DNA of 60,497 nt from Salinivirgaceae bacterium (GTDB lineage Bacteria; Bacteroidota; Bacteroidia; Bacteroidales; SZUA-534). Location: positions 1 through 60,497 of the forward strand of contig JAEINW010000005.1 in assembly GCA_016342715.1 (NCBI GenBank). The letters are read 5' to 3'. The position numbers and the translations under genes are program-made. Below, one piece after another: positions 7,965-17,800 of this stretch; the first letter of the stretch is position 1, and each line of letters opens with the position of its first letter. The notes beneath the pieces were generated by a model that did no database searches, was not told the DNA's origin, and saw only the letters and a list, made by a program, of their open reading frames with translations.

Positions 7965-10415
7965 ATGAAGATTTCTTATAATTGGCTTAAGCAGTACATT
8001 GATATAAATATAGAAGTTGAAAAATTGTCTGAGATTTTAACAGCTATTGGACTAGAGGTAGGTGGTATTGAAGAGTTTCAGTCAATTAAAGGTGGATTGG
8101 AAGGTTTGGTAATTGGAGAGGTGAAAACATGTACAGCCCATCCAAACTCCGATCATTTGAGCTTAACTACTGTCGATTTAGGAAATGGTGAGACAACACC
8201 TATTGTTTGTGGGGCACCCAATGTGGCAGCCGGACAAAAGGTTGTGGTTGCAACTGTTGGTACAACACTTTATAGTGAAAATGATTCTTTTGTTATCAAG
8301 AAATCGAAAATTCGTGGTGAGGAATCATTGGGAATGATATGTGCAGAAGATGAAATTGGCGTTGGAGCCTCTCACGATGGCATTATGGTTTTGCCTGAGG
8401 ATGCAAAAGTTGGAACTCCGGCAAAAGAGTATTTCAATATTGAAAACGACACGGTTATTGAAATTGATTTAACTCCCAATAGAATTGATGGAGGTTCGCA
8501 TATTGGTGTTGCTCGCGATGTGATGGCTTATTTAAAGCAAACTCAAGAAATTAGTTATTTAATGCCATCTGTTGAAAGTTTTACCGTACACAATACCGAT
8601 TTGGAGATTCCAGTTGAAGTTGAAAATACTAAAGCTTGTCCAAGATATGCTGGGGTTACTTTATCAGGATTAAAAGTTGAAGAATCGCCAGAATGGTTAA
8701 AAAATAGATTGAACGCTATTGGTTTAAAACCAATAAATAACATAGTAGACATTACCAACTTTGTTTTACAAGAGGTTGGGCAACCCTTGCATGCTTTTGA
8801 TGCTGCCAAAATAAAAGGGGGAAAAGTTGTTGTTAAAACAATGGCTAAAAATTCACTATTTACAACTCTCGACGAAGAAGAAAGAAAGCTTCATGAAGAT
8901 GATTTGATGATATGCAATGCCGAAGAAGGAATGTGTATTGCCGGTGTTTTTGGTGGTAGTGAATCAGGAGTTACTGAAAAAACAACTAGTGTGTTTTTAG
9001 AAAGTGCTTGTTTTAATCCGGTTTACGTTCGTAAAACGGCACGTCGTCAGGGTTTAAATACCGATGCTAGTTTCCGCTTTGAGCGTGGTGTTGATCCAAA
9101 TATTACCATATATGCTTTGAAAAGAGCAGCCATGTTAATGTGTGAAATTGCAGGGGCTAAAGTAAGTTCAAATATTGTTGATGTTTATCCTGAGCCTGTA
9201 GCCGATTTTGAAGTAGAGCTTCGTTATTCTCAGGTGAAAAGACTTATTGGTGAAGAAATACCGAAAGATAAAATAAAAAATATTCTTGAAGCGCTGGAAA
9301 TTAAAATTGTAAAAGAGGATGATGAAAAGCTTCTCTTACTTGTGCCACCTTATCGTGTAGATGTTCAAAGAGAATGCGATGTAATTGAAGAAATTTTAAG
9401 AATATATGGTTACAATACTGTAGCAATTTACGATCATGTAAATTCTACCTTAGCCTATGCTCCAAAACCCGACCCAAATGTTTTAAAGGAGTTAATTGCC
9501 AATCAGTTAAGTGGTGTTGGTTTTAATGAGATGATGGCGAATTCATTAACAAAAGTTGATTATTATGAAGGCTTAGAAACTTATAAAAAGGAGAATGTAG
9601 TTAATATTTTTAATCCCTTGAGTCAGGATTTGAATGGCATGCGCCAGACCTTATTGTTTGGAGCATTAGAAGCTGTTTCATTTAATAGTAATCGTCAAAA
9701 TGCAGATCTTAAATTATTTGAATTTGGCAATTGCTATTTTTACAATGGAAAAGAGCAAAACGAAAATCCCTTAAAAAAGTATTCTCAATCGGAAAAACTT
9801 TCAGTAGTTGTTTCAGGGAATCGTTCGGCTGAATCGTGGATGCAAAAGACTGAGCCAGTTAGTTTTTATTATATTAAATCCGTTGTTGAAACTGTTTTTG
9901 AAAAAATGGGGGTGAACCTGCAAAAAACAAAAACTGAAGCTATATCAAATGAATTATTTAGCGAGGGGCTAACTTTTGAATACAATAATAATTCGATTGG
10001 TAAAATTGGATCAGTTCATAAAAAAATACGAAAGGGATTTGAGATAAAGCAAGATGTTTATTTTGCTGAGCTAAATTGGGATGCACTTTTGAAAATAGCA
10101 AAAAAACATAAAGTTGAATATGCCGAAATCTCCAAATTCCCTGAAGTAAGGCGAGATTTATCACTTTTGTTGGATGCAAAAATTTCCTTTGATGAACTAA
10201 GAAACGAAGCTTTTTCGGTTGAAAGAAAACTTTTAAAAAATGTTTCATTATTTGATGTTTACGAAGGAGATAAAATTGGAGAAGGTAAAAAATCGTACGC
10301 TTTGAGTTTTGTTTTACAGGATGAAAATAAAACATTGAACGATAAACAGATTGATAAAATTATGAATAATATGATTAGAACATTTGATCAAAAATTTGGG
10401 GCAAAAATTAGATAG
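7965..10415 (+). CDS. pheT: Phenylalanine--tRNA ligase beta subunit
   Basis: MKISYNWLK, IVCGAPNV, LTPNR, ASFRFERGVDP, C-terminal FDVYEG FDX-ACB domain; TACTTTTG promoter at ~7926. Confidence 0.98.
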   Translation: MKISYNWLKQYIDINIEVEKLSEILTAIGLEVGGIEEFQSIKGGLEGLVIGEVKTCTAHPNSDHLSLTTVDLGNGETTPIVCGAPNVAAGQKVVVATVGTTLYSENDSFVIKKSKIRGEESLGMICAEDEIGVGASHDGIMVLPEDAKVGTPAKEYFNIENDTVIEIDLTPNRIDGGSHIGVARDVMAYLKQTQEISYLMPSVESFTVHNTDLEIPVEVENTKACPRYAGVTLSGLKVEESPEWLKNRLNAIGLKPINNIVDITNFVLQEVGQPLHAFDAAKIKGGKVVVKTMAKNSLFTTLDEEERKLHEDDLMICNAEEGMCIAGVFGGSESGVTEKTTSVFLESACFNPVYVRKTARRQGLNTDASFRFERGVDPNITIYALKRAAMLMCEIAGAKVSSNIVDVYPEPVADFEVELRYSQVKRLIGEEIPKDKIKNILEALEIKIVKEDDEKLLLLVPPYRVDVQRECDVIEEILRIYGYNTVAIYDHVNSTLAYAPKPDPNVLKELIANQLSGVGFNEMMANSLTKVDYYEGLETYKKENVVNIFNPLSQDLNGMRQTLLFGALEAVSFNSNRQNADLKLFEFGNCYFYNGKEQNENPLKKYSQSEKLSVVVSGNRSAESWMQKTEPVSFYYIKSVVETVFEKMGVNLQKTKTEAISNELFSEGLTFEYNNNSIGKIGSVHKKIRKGFEIKQDVYFAELNWDALLKIAKKHKVEYAEISKFPEVRRDLSLLLDAKISFDELRNEAFSVERKLLKNVSLFDVYEGDKIGEGKKSYALSFVLQDENKTLNDKQIDKIMNNMIRTFDQKFGAKIR

Positions 10416-10418
10416 TTA

Positions 10419-10940
10419 ATGAGTTCTAAGAAAAAAATAAAGATACTAAAAAGCGATATTACGCAACTTGATGTAGATGCAATTGTAAATGCGGCAAATG
10501 AGAGTTTGCTAGGTGGGGGCGGTGTTGACGGTGCAATCCATAGAGCTGCTGGTAGAGAGTTATTGTATGAATGTGAAACTTTAAATGGCTGCAAAACTGG
10601 CGATGCAAAAATTACTAAAGGTTATAATTTATCAGCAAAACATGTGATTCATACTGTGGGGCCTATTTGGCGTGGAGGCGAAAATAATGAAGCAGAATTG
10701 TTAGCCAATTGTTATAAGAAAAGTTTAGAATTGGCAGCTAATAATTCATTAAAGACGATAGCTTTTCCAAATATAAGCACAGGAATTTATGGGTATCCGA
10801 AGTCAGATGCCGCAGAAATTGCTCTAAATGAGGTGCTAAGATTTCTAAACCATAATGAATCGTTATCAAAAGTAATTTTTGCTATATTTGATGACGAAAA
10901 TTTTGAATTATACAAAAAGCTGTATAAAAATAGGGTTTAA
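10419..10940 (+). CDS. Macro-domain O-acetyl-ADP-ribose deacetylase (YmdB-like)
   Basis: [38 protein letters not shown]. Confidence 0.93.
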   Translation: MSSKKKIKILKSDITQLDVDAIVNAANESLLGGGGVDGAIHRAAGRELLYECETLNGCKTGDAKITKGYNLSAKHVIHTVGPIWRGGENNEAELLANCYKKSLELAANNSLKTIAFPNISTGIYGYPKSDAAEIALNEVLRFLNHNESLSKVIFAIFDDENFELYKKLYKNRV

Positions 10941-10951
10941 AAAAGAATATT

Positions 10952-11326
10952 TTGGGGTATTTAAAATTTGATGCAACTGAAGATCGTCCGGAAGTTTTAA
11001 TGGATGCTGATTTATCTATTTTTCAGATTCAGGGGAATTCTACACCAGAAGATGTAAACATGGTTTATAAACCAATTACCGATTGGTTAGATTCTGATGG
11101 TTTGCACTTGGATCATTGTCAGTGTAAATTGTTTTTTCGCTACTTGAGTACGTCTTCCCATCATATGGTTTATAATGTGTTGAAAAAATTAGATGGTTTG
11201 TATAATCAAGGGCGGCAAATTTCAATTGAATGGGCCTACGAAAATATTGATGATGATATGCTTCGTTTAGGACTTGATTTTGCCTCTATTTTGGAAATCC
11301 CATTTGAATTTAGTCCACGTAACTAA
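10952..11326 (+). CDS. DUF1987 / SiaC-family protein
   Basis: ATEDRPEV, IQGNSTPED, YLSTSS, EWAYENIDDDM...G.DF resemble SiaC family. Confidence 0.75.
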   Translation: MGYLKFDATEDRPEVLMDADLSIFQIQGNSTPEDVNMVYKPITDWLDSDGLHLDHCQCKLFFRYLSTSSHHMVYNVLKKLDGLYNQGRQISIEWAYENIDDDMLRLGLDFASILEIPFEFSPRN

Positions 11327-11332
11327 TTCCAC

Positions 11333-11923
11333 ATGATTACATTATTAATAATTATTGTAACAGCGTTGTTTTCAATAGCCGCTTTTAAACAAGCAGATTT
11401 AAAATACAGGTTTATTTTTAGTCCTTATCAGGTTATTCACAGAAAGCAATGGTATCGAGTTTTTTCTGCGGCATTTTTACATGCCAATTGGGAGCATTTA
11501 ATATTTAATATGCTCTCGTTTTATTTTTTTGCTCCCTATGTTGAAGCTCGATTAGGGATTCCTAAATTTTTAATAATCTATTTTGGAGCCATTGTAGTTT
11601 CAAGTATAAAAGATTTAGTCAAACATAAAGATAATCACGCCTATAGCGCATTGGGAGCCTCTGGAGCTGTTTCGGCAATAATATTCACTTCAATATTGTT
11701 GAATCCTACAAGTAAAATTATGTTTATTTTACTTCCAATTCCTATACCAGCCGTGATTTTCGGACTTATATATTTGGCCTATTCATATTATATGGGCAAA
11801 AAAAGCACCGATAACATTGGTCATGATGCTCACTTTTGGGGAGCAATTTTTGGCTTTGTCTTTCCCATTTTATTAATGCCTTCTTTATTTTCAAATTTTA
11901 TTAATCAGCTATTTTCTAATTAG
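11333..11923 (+). CDS. Rhomboid-family intramembrane serine protease
   Basis: WYR, FLHANWEHLIFNM, GASG (Ser), HDAHFWGA (His). Confidence 0.93.
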   Translation: MITLLIIIVTALFSIAAFKQADLKYRFIFSPYQVIHRKQWYRVFSAAFLHANWEHLIFNMLSFYFFAPYVEARLGIPKFLIIYFGAIVVSSIKDLVKHKDNHAYSALGASGAVSAIIFTSILLNPTSKIMFILLPIPIPAVIFGLIYLAYSYYMGKKSTDNIGHDAHFWGAIFGFVFPILLMPSLFSNFINQLFSN

Positions 11924-11927
11924 TAAA

Positions 11928-12397
11928 ATGCAAAAATTTGTTTTTTTCGATCGCGATGGAGTTATTAATAGTGATGTAGGTCACTATTATATTTTTAAAG
12001 CTGAGGATTTTAAAATAAACGATGGAATTATTTATGCCATGCATCAATTGCAAGCTAATGGATTTAAATTTATTGTAGTAAGCAATCAAGGGGGTGTATC
12101 AAAAGGTATTTACACAAAAAATGATGTTCATAAAGTGCATGAAAAGTTTCTGAATATTCTTGAGAAATTTACTATTGTCCACATCATAGCGATATTGAAA
12201 AATGCATTTGCCGCAAACCTGATTCATTGATGATTGAAAAGGCTATAGCAAGGTTTGATATTGACGTTTCTTTATCTTATTTTATTGGGGATAGTGAAAA
12301 AGATATTAAAGCGGCAGAAAAAGCTGGAATTAGAGGTATTAAAATTGAGTCAAATGAAAATATTGAATCCATTTTGAATCTAATTATTAATGAGTAG
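11928..12397 (+). pseudogene. gmhB: Frameshifted D-glycero-D-manno-heptose-1,7-bisphosphate phosphatase (HAD-IIIA)
   Basis: FFDRDGVIN and SNQGG in the first frame; from ~12164 the -1 frame reads EIYYCPHH...CICRKPD...FIGDSEKDI to TAG at 12397. Confidence 0.85.
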
Positions 12398-13253
12398 CAA
12401 TTATAATTTGATATCCTTCAATAAGGAATATATTCCATCTGATGCTTTTCGGATAAAAACTACCAATAGAGCATTTCGCTATGGCGATGGTTTTTTTGAA
12501 AGTATGCATGCAAATGGTTTGGAAGTTCAATTTATTAATGATCATTTTGAAAGAATTTTATATGCAGCTAATTGTCTTGATTTGGAGTTGCCAGAATATT
12601 TTTCGTTAGAATTCTTAAAAAAACAGATATCAGGCTTGTTATCGCGCTTAAAATTATTTCAAGGTGCAAGAGTAAGACTTTCCATTTATCGATCGGGAGA
12701 AGGGTTTTATATTCCAGAAACAAATAGGGCCGATGTATTAATTGAGGCGGCATATTTGAGTAAAGGTTTTTATGAATTAAATATATCGGGAATTACTATC
12801 GATGTATATAAAGATGTTCCTAAACAAAGAACCGCTTATGGAGCAATTAAGAGTATAAATGCAATGTTTTATGTTTTAGCAGGGAATTATGCAAAAAAGA
12901 ATAATTTAAACGATGTGTTACTTGTTGATGCGCAAGAAATAATCGTTGAAGCAACTTCATCTAATTTTTTTGCAATTAAGGGAAACGAACTATATACACC
13001 ATCTCTCGAGTTAGGCTGTGTGCATGGAATTATGAGAAAGCAAATTTTAAATAGAGCTACAAATATGAATTATATAATTCATGAAAATGCGATACTTAAA
13101 GAGAGTGATTTATTGCTAATGGATGAGCTGTTTTTAACCAATGCTGTGGTAGGTATAAAGTATGTTTCGGGCTTTAGGAATAAACGATATTTTAAACGCT
13201 CGGCTCAAAAAATGGTACATGCATTAAATCAATTGGCTTTTCCTAATTCATAG
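12390..13253 (+). CDS. Class IV PLP-dependent enzyme (aminodeoxychorismate lyase / D-amino acid aminotransferase-like)
   Basis: NRAFRYGDGFFE, EATSSNFF, GCVHGIMR, ELFLTNAV. Confidence 0.88.
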   Translation: MSSNYNLISFNKEYIPSDAFRIKTTNRAFRYGDGFFESMHANGLEVQFINDHFERILYAANCLDLELPEYFSLEFLKKQISGLLSRLKLFQGARVRLSIYRSGEGFYIPETNRADVLIEAAYLSKGFYELNISGITIDVYKDVPKQRTAYGAIKSINAMFYVLAGNYAKKNNLNDVLLVDAQEIIVEATSSNFFAIKGNELYTPSLELGCVHGIMRKQILNRATNMNYIIHENAILKESDLLLMDELFLTNAVVGIKYVSGFRNKRYFKRSAQKMVHALNQLAFPNS

Positions 13254-13848
13254 AAGGGTTTGCAGGGGCGTTAGCCCAGAGTGAATATGAATCACCAAGT
13301 TTATTAAGAATCTCTTTCCAGGTATTTTTGTTGGCAGTCATAATGGTTTTAGGTTTTATGTCAGAAACAATCCAGAACTTTTCTTTAATCTCTGATTGCA
13401 GTTGCTCAGGTGCCCATCCACTATATCCTAAATAAAATCGAATTTCTTTGGGTGTAATTTTTTTTTCAATTATGTGCTCTTTTAATAATTCAAAATCACC
13501 ACCCCAATAAATGTCACCTTTAATATGGGTACTTTTTGGAAATAAATCAAAGCGATTGTGTAAGTAGTGTAAGGTGTCTGGATTTACTGGACCACCAACA
13601 AAACATTTTGCATCAAAACTCGGAAAATCTGCCATAATATCGTTTATGTGAACCTCCACCGGTTTATTTAAAATGTATCCAAGCGTACCTTCTTTTTCAT
13701 TGTGTTCGGTAATCAATACAACAGATCGTCCAAAATAGGAGTCAGGCGAAAAGGGCTCAGAAATTAAGCACTTGCCCTTTTCAACATTTGTTAAATTGTG
13801 ATTTATGTTAAATAAGTTTATATCAATTCCCATTTTCATATTTTTCAT
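13243..13848 (-). CDS. YqgE/AlgH family protein (DUF179)
   Basis: FGRSVVLI, GYILNKP, VGGPV, YLGYSGW..QL..E, NPSMN end. Confidence 0.92.
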   Translation of the reverse strand: MKNMKMGIDINLFNINHNLTNVEKGKCLISEPFSPDSYFGRSVVLITEHNEKEGTLGYILNKPVEVHINDIMADFPSFDAKCFVGGPVNPDTLHYLHNRFDLFPKSTHIKGDIYWGGDFELLKEHIIEKKITPKEIRFYLGYSGWAPEQLQSEIKEKFWIVSDIKPKTIMTANKNTWKEILNKLGDSYSLWANAPANPSMN

Positions 13849-13928
13849 GCCTAATGTAAATATAAAAATAATTTTGCGGAATGTTAAATCGCAGGTTTAT
13901 AAATAACTTTTAATTTATTAAAAACTGA

Positions 13929-14501
13929 TTATTTTTTCGGTTTGCCATACTTTGATATCCAAAAAAGCCATAAAAATAGTATTAGTGGATACATAAGTAC
14001 AGGAGTGGCAATGTCGTGAACTAAAGTGGTATTTTGTTCATTATAGAATTGACCTACACAAATTATTGTTGTGCGAATTATATTAAACCCGATTAAAAGA
14101 AGTATGCCTAATATTATATACCAAATTTTATGGTAGGTTCTCCCAAATTGAAATAGAATAAAAAATACAAAAAGGGATAGATGTCTGAATCCTAAACAAC
14201 CATACTCAAAGCGAACGCCGGAAGTGTTAATTATTTTTAGATATTTACCATGACTAAAAGTTTCATATCCTAAAAGGTTGAGATTTTTTTCTGTTGAAGA
14301 AACTAAAATATTTCTTAAGAGCTTATCTATTCCTGAAGATTGTATTTTAGATACAACCCATGGTATGTCATTCAATAGAATAGTAAAAAACCAAGCTAAA
14401 AAAAAAGAAATAATGAAGCGCATTATTTCTTTTTTCAGTGTTTTCGAAATATTTTTTAAAGGGTTATGCTTTTGAAATATATCTTTAATTTGAAGTATCA
14501 T
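13929..14501 (-). CDS. Exosortase/archaeosortase family protein
   Basis: Multi-TM protein with triad-like motifs EYGCLG (Cys), FNIIR (Arg), LVHD (His), ending LWLFW; start uncertain (14501, 14423 or 14528). Confidence 0.8.
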   Translation of the reverse strand: MILQIKDIFQKHNPLKNISKTLKKEIMRFIISFFLAWFFTILLNDIPWVVSKIQSSGIDKLLRNILVSSTEKNLNLLGYETFSHGKYLKIINTSGVRFEYGCLGFRHLSLFVFFILFQFGRTYHKIWYIILGILLLIGFNIIRTTIICVGQFYNEQNTTLVHDIATPVLMYPLILFLWLFWISKYGKPKK

Positions 14502-14784
14502 CTTTAATTTTTCTAATAAAATAGACAAAACTGCCTATCATTAAAAAAGCAATTCCTCCTGAAATAGGTATTGGGTTACCTCCACCTCCATCTCCGGGAT
14601 CAGGAGGTTGAAAAGTTTTGGCATTGCCATCGGTATTCCAAGCATTATCTTTTGAAAATGATTTTTTGCTAAAACTGCCTCCTTTTTTATTTTGCGCAGG
14701 GGGATTCCCGTCTGCAAACAAAAAATTTGGCATAATTAGTAAAATGAATAAAGCGTAGAATAATTTTGTTACTTTTTTAATCAT
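14485..14784 (-). CDS. Small exported protein with PID-CTERM-like C-terminal sorting signal
   Basis: Signal peptide, ~45-aa low-complexity core, Pro/Gly linker PPDPGDGGGGN, then PIPISGG + TM helix + RKIK basic tail; directly upstream of the exosortase. Confidence 0.78.
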   Translation of the reverse strand: MIKKVTKLFYALFILLIMPNFLFADGNPPAQNKKGGSFSKKSFSKDNAWNTDGNAKTFQPPDPGDGGGGNPIPISGGIAFLMIGSFVYFIRKIKDDTSN

Positions 14785-14829
14785 AAGGAAATAATCCACT
14801 TCAATTATGCAAAAATGATAATTTTTTTT

Positions 14830-17800
14830 TTATCTCACAACTACTTTTTGAGTAACTGTAAAATCTTTAAATATAATTTTAAGTATATATGTTCCGGGTT
14901 GGGAAACATAAACTTTCTGTAATGCACTGTTGTTGGTGTTTTTTGCATCAACCACTCTTCCTGAAATATCAAACGTTTGAATATAAGAATTGGTTCTATT
15001 AAATTCATTTGTTTTTATGAAAATAGTTTTTCCATAGGTATATATTAATAAATCGTTGATATTTTTATCTTCATCTAAGGAGAGCGCATTGGAAGTAAAG
15101 ATCATTGAAAATCGATCCAAGCAGTATCCAAAAGCATAATCACCAGCGTTTAAATATACATAGTACGATTTGCTTTTTAAATTGGTATAGGTATTTGTAA
15201 CATTGTCAAACAAATAAATGTAAATATTATCTGGAATATTTAATATTTCAGAAGCTGAAAAAATTATTTCTCCATCCTGTAATACTCGAACACCCATATT
15301 TACTGAAAAATCATTTTCAGAAAGATACGTAAGTTTGTCTGGATTATAAGTATCTATTGCTAATGCTGTATTTTCATCAGGCATGCTAAATATTTGAGCA
15401 GTGTTTTCATTGTTAGTGAATTTTTTATAGGCATCAAATTCAGAATCAAAATAATCTGTGGCTCCATCGTAAAACACAATAAACGCATTGGTTGTTGTAC
15501 CTTCTTTTTTTGCTTGCAAGCGAACCATTTGTTTTTCAGAATCGATACTTTTTCTAAAGTCCTGACTATTAGATGCACGAACGGCGTTGGTTGTTCCAAT
15601 AGTCCCATTTGCTGATGCATGAACGAAAAATCCTTGGCAAGCAGCAATGTATTTTGATCCATCTCCAGTACTTGTGGTTCTATTCCATGTTGTATAACCG
15701 CCGCTTGAAGAATTGTAATAATAGGCAGTGGCATCAACATTTGTTAATGTCCAACCGCTTGCTTCCCAGTCAATGGTGCATGGATAAGGGTTTCCAACTA
15801 AATTCCATCCATAAGCATCACCGGCTGAGGTGTTTGTTACACCAATGCTTTGTGAGCCAGTATTAAAAGTTCCGCTAAAAGAAAGTGTTTTGTTCGCTGT
15901 AAACCATATGCTTGTACCTTCCATTGCACTAATAGTTGTGCTACCTGTTATTGGTGCCCATGCTGGAGTAGTTTCATCCCACTCATCCCCAACGAGTCCA
16001 GAAAAAGTTGTTAACGATGTTGGAGAAGTTGGAAAACTTATTAAATGTTGTGGATGTGTTGCATTATAATTTATATATCTATTTAATGTTGAAGTTCCAG
16101 ATACGGAAAGAGTTCCTGTTCCGGGAATTACAATCATTCCACTTGGGCTTGCATCTGCTGAGGCTCCTAATGTCAAATCATTTGAAACAGACAAACTATT
16201 GCCATCAGCAATGTTTATATATGTGCCGGCCTGTAATACTGCATCATTACTCACAGTTAAAGTTCCACTATTAATATCAATATATGCTGTTCCAGCACCC
16301 GACTGAATTGTAAGGTCATTATTTACGATTAAACTTCCGCTGCTTATAGTAACATTTGCCCCATCTGCAATGGTTAAAAAATCAACAGTTTCTGTTCCCG
16401 TAATTATCGGGTCGTTCGTCACATCAGGAATGCTTACTGAATAATCACCCGTTGGAACTTGTGCGATACTCCAATTGGCCCCAGTTCCCCAATCGGTTTC
16501 AAAGCCAGAATATCCACCAATCCATGTAGCAGGACCAATTGTTGAAGTGGAATTTGGATTAGAAGAGGCCGTGGCTGTATAATATTTAGTATTCGAACCA
16601 GTGTTGTTGTATTCATAAACCCTAAAATGGTAGGCGGTTAATTGAGTAAGACCAGTAACTGTAACCGAAGTGCCAGATCCATTATAAACTACATAATTTC
16701 CAGTCCCAATTTGATCTCCTAATACATACACAGAATTTGCTGTATATGCATTGTTGTCTTGAGGATTTGCATCAACCGCAGCACCTTGTTTAACAAGAAC
16801 AATTCTATTTTCTCCATTACCATTGATCCACGATACTTGCATGGAGTTGGTTTTTTTGTTTGAAAATGAAATGGTGTGTGCTTGCCCTGTGGGTGCAGGT
16901 TTTAAAGTAAACGAACTATTAGGGTTGTCTGTTGCTGTAGCTGTATAATATGCCTCATTTCCATCAGCATTGTTGTATTCAAATACCTGAGCGTAGTACT
17001 CTATATTTTCGCTTAATCCTGTTACATTTACAGAGGTACCAGATCCATTATAAACAATATAATAGCCAGAAAGATCTCCAGGAATGAGTTGATCTCCACT
17101 ACCGAAAACTGTACTTGCATCATAGGTTTCATTATCTTCAGGATTTGAAATAGTTCCACTTCCTGCTTTTAATGCAACAATTCTCCTTGCTCCATTCCCA
17201 TTGGTCCAGTTTATGGTAAATGTAGTAGTACCAATGTTTGTAAAATTAATTGAACTGGCTTGTGTTGTGGGTGCGTCTTGAGCAGCTGTAGTTCTATTGA
17301 TACTAGGAGCACCTGTGAGAAGATAATTGTTTTTGCCACTATTGTATTCGTAAACTTTGAAATAATAGGTTGTTGATCCTTTTAACCCAGTTACAGAAAC
17401 GCTATTGCTGGTCCCATTGTAAACCACATAATTATTTGATCCAACAAGATCACCACTTCCAAATATGGAGCTTGCTGCATACGTTTCTGCATCCACGGGT
17501 TCCGATGAAATAGGTCCATCTTCACGCGCTACTACAATTCTATTATTTCCGTTCCCATTTGTCCAAAGTAAGTTAATCGAGGCTGAACCAACATCTGTAG
17601 ATGAAAAACTTGAGGCGGCAGTAGTAGGCTCGGCTGCAAGGGTTGTATCATTAGCTATAGATGAAGTCGTCAAAAATTTTGTATAGTCACCTGTATTATT
17701 GTATTCGAAAACTCTGAAAAAATATTCGCTCCCTGTACCTAGATTGGTCACATCAACGCTGGTGGCTGGGCCATCATATACAACACGACTACCTGACCCG

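Noticed and set aside
7965-10415. pheT without adjacent pheS
   Set aside because: Separation of pheS and pheT is usual in Bacteroidota
12160-12172. Programmed -1 frameshift in gmhB
   Set aside because: AAATTTA is not in the required phase and residues appear to be missing, so deletion or assembly error is more likely
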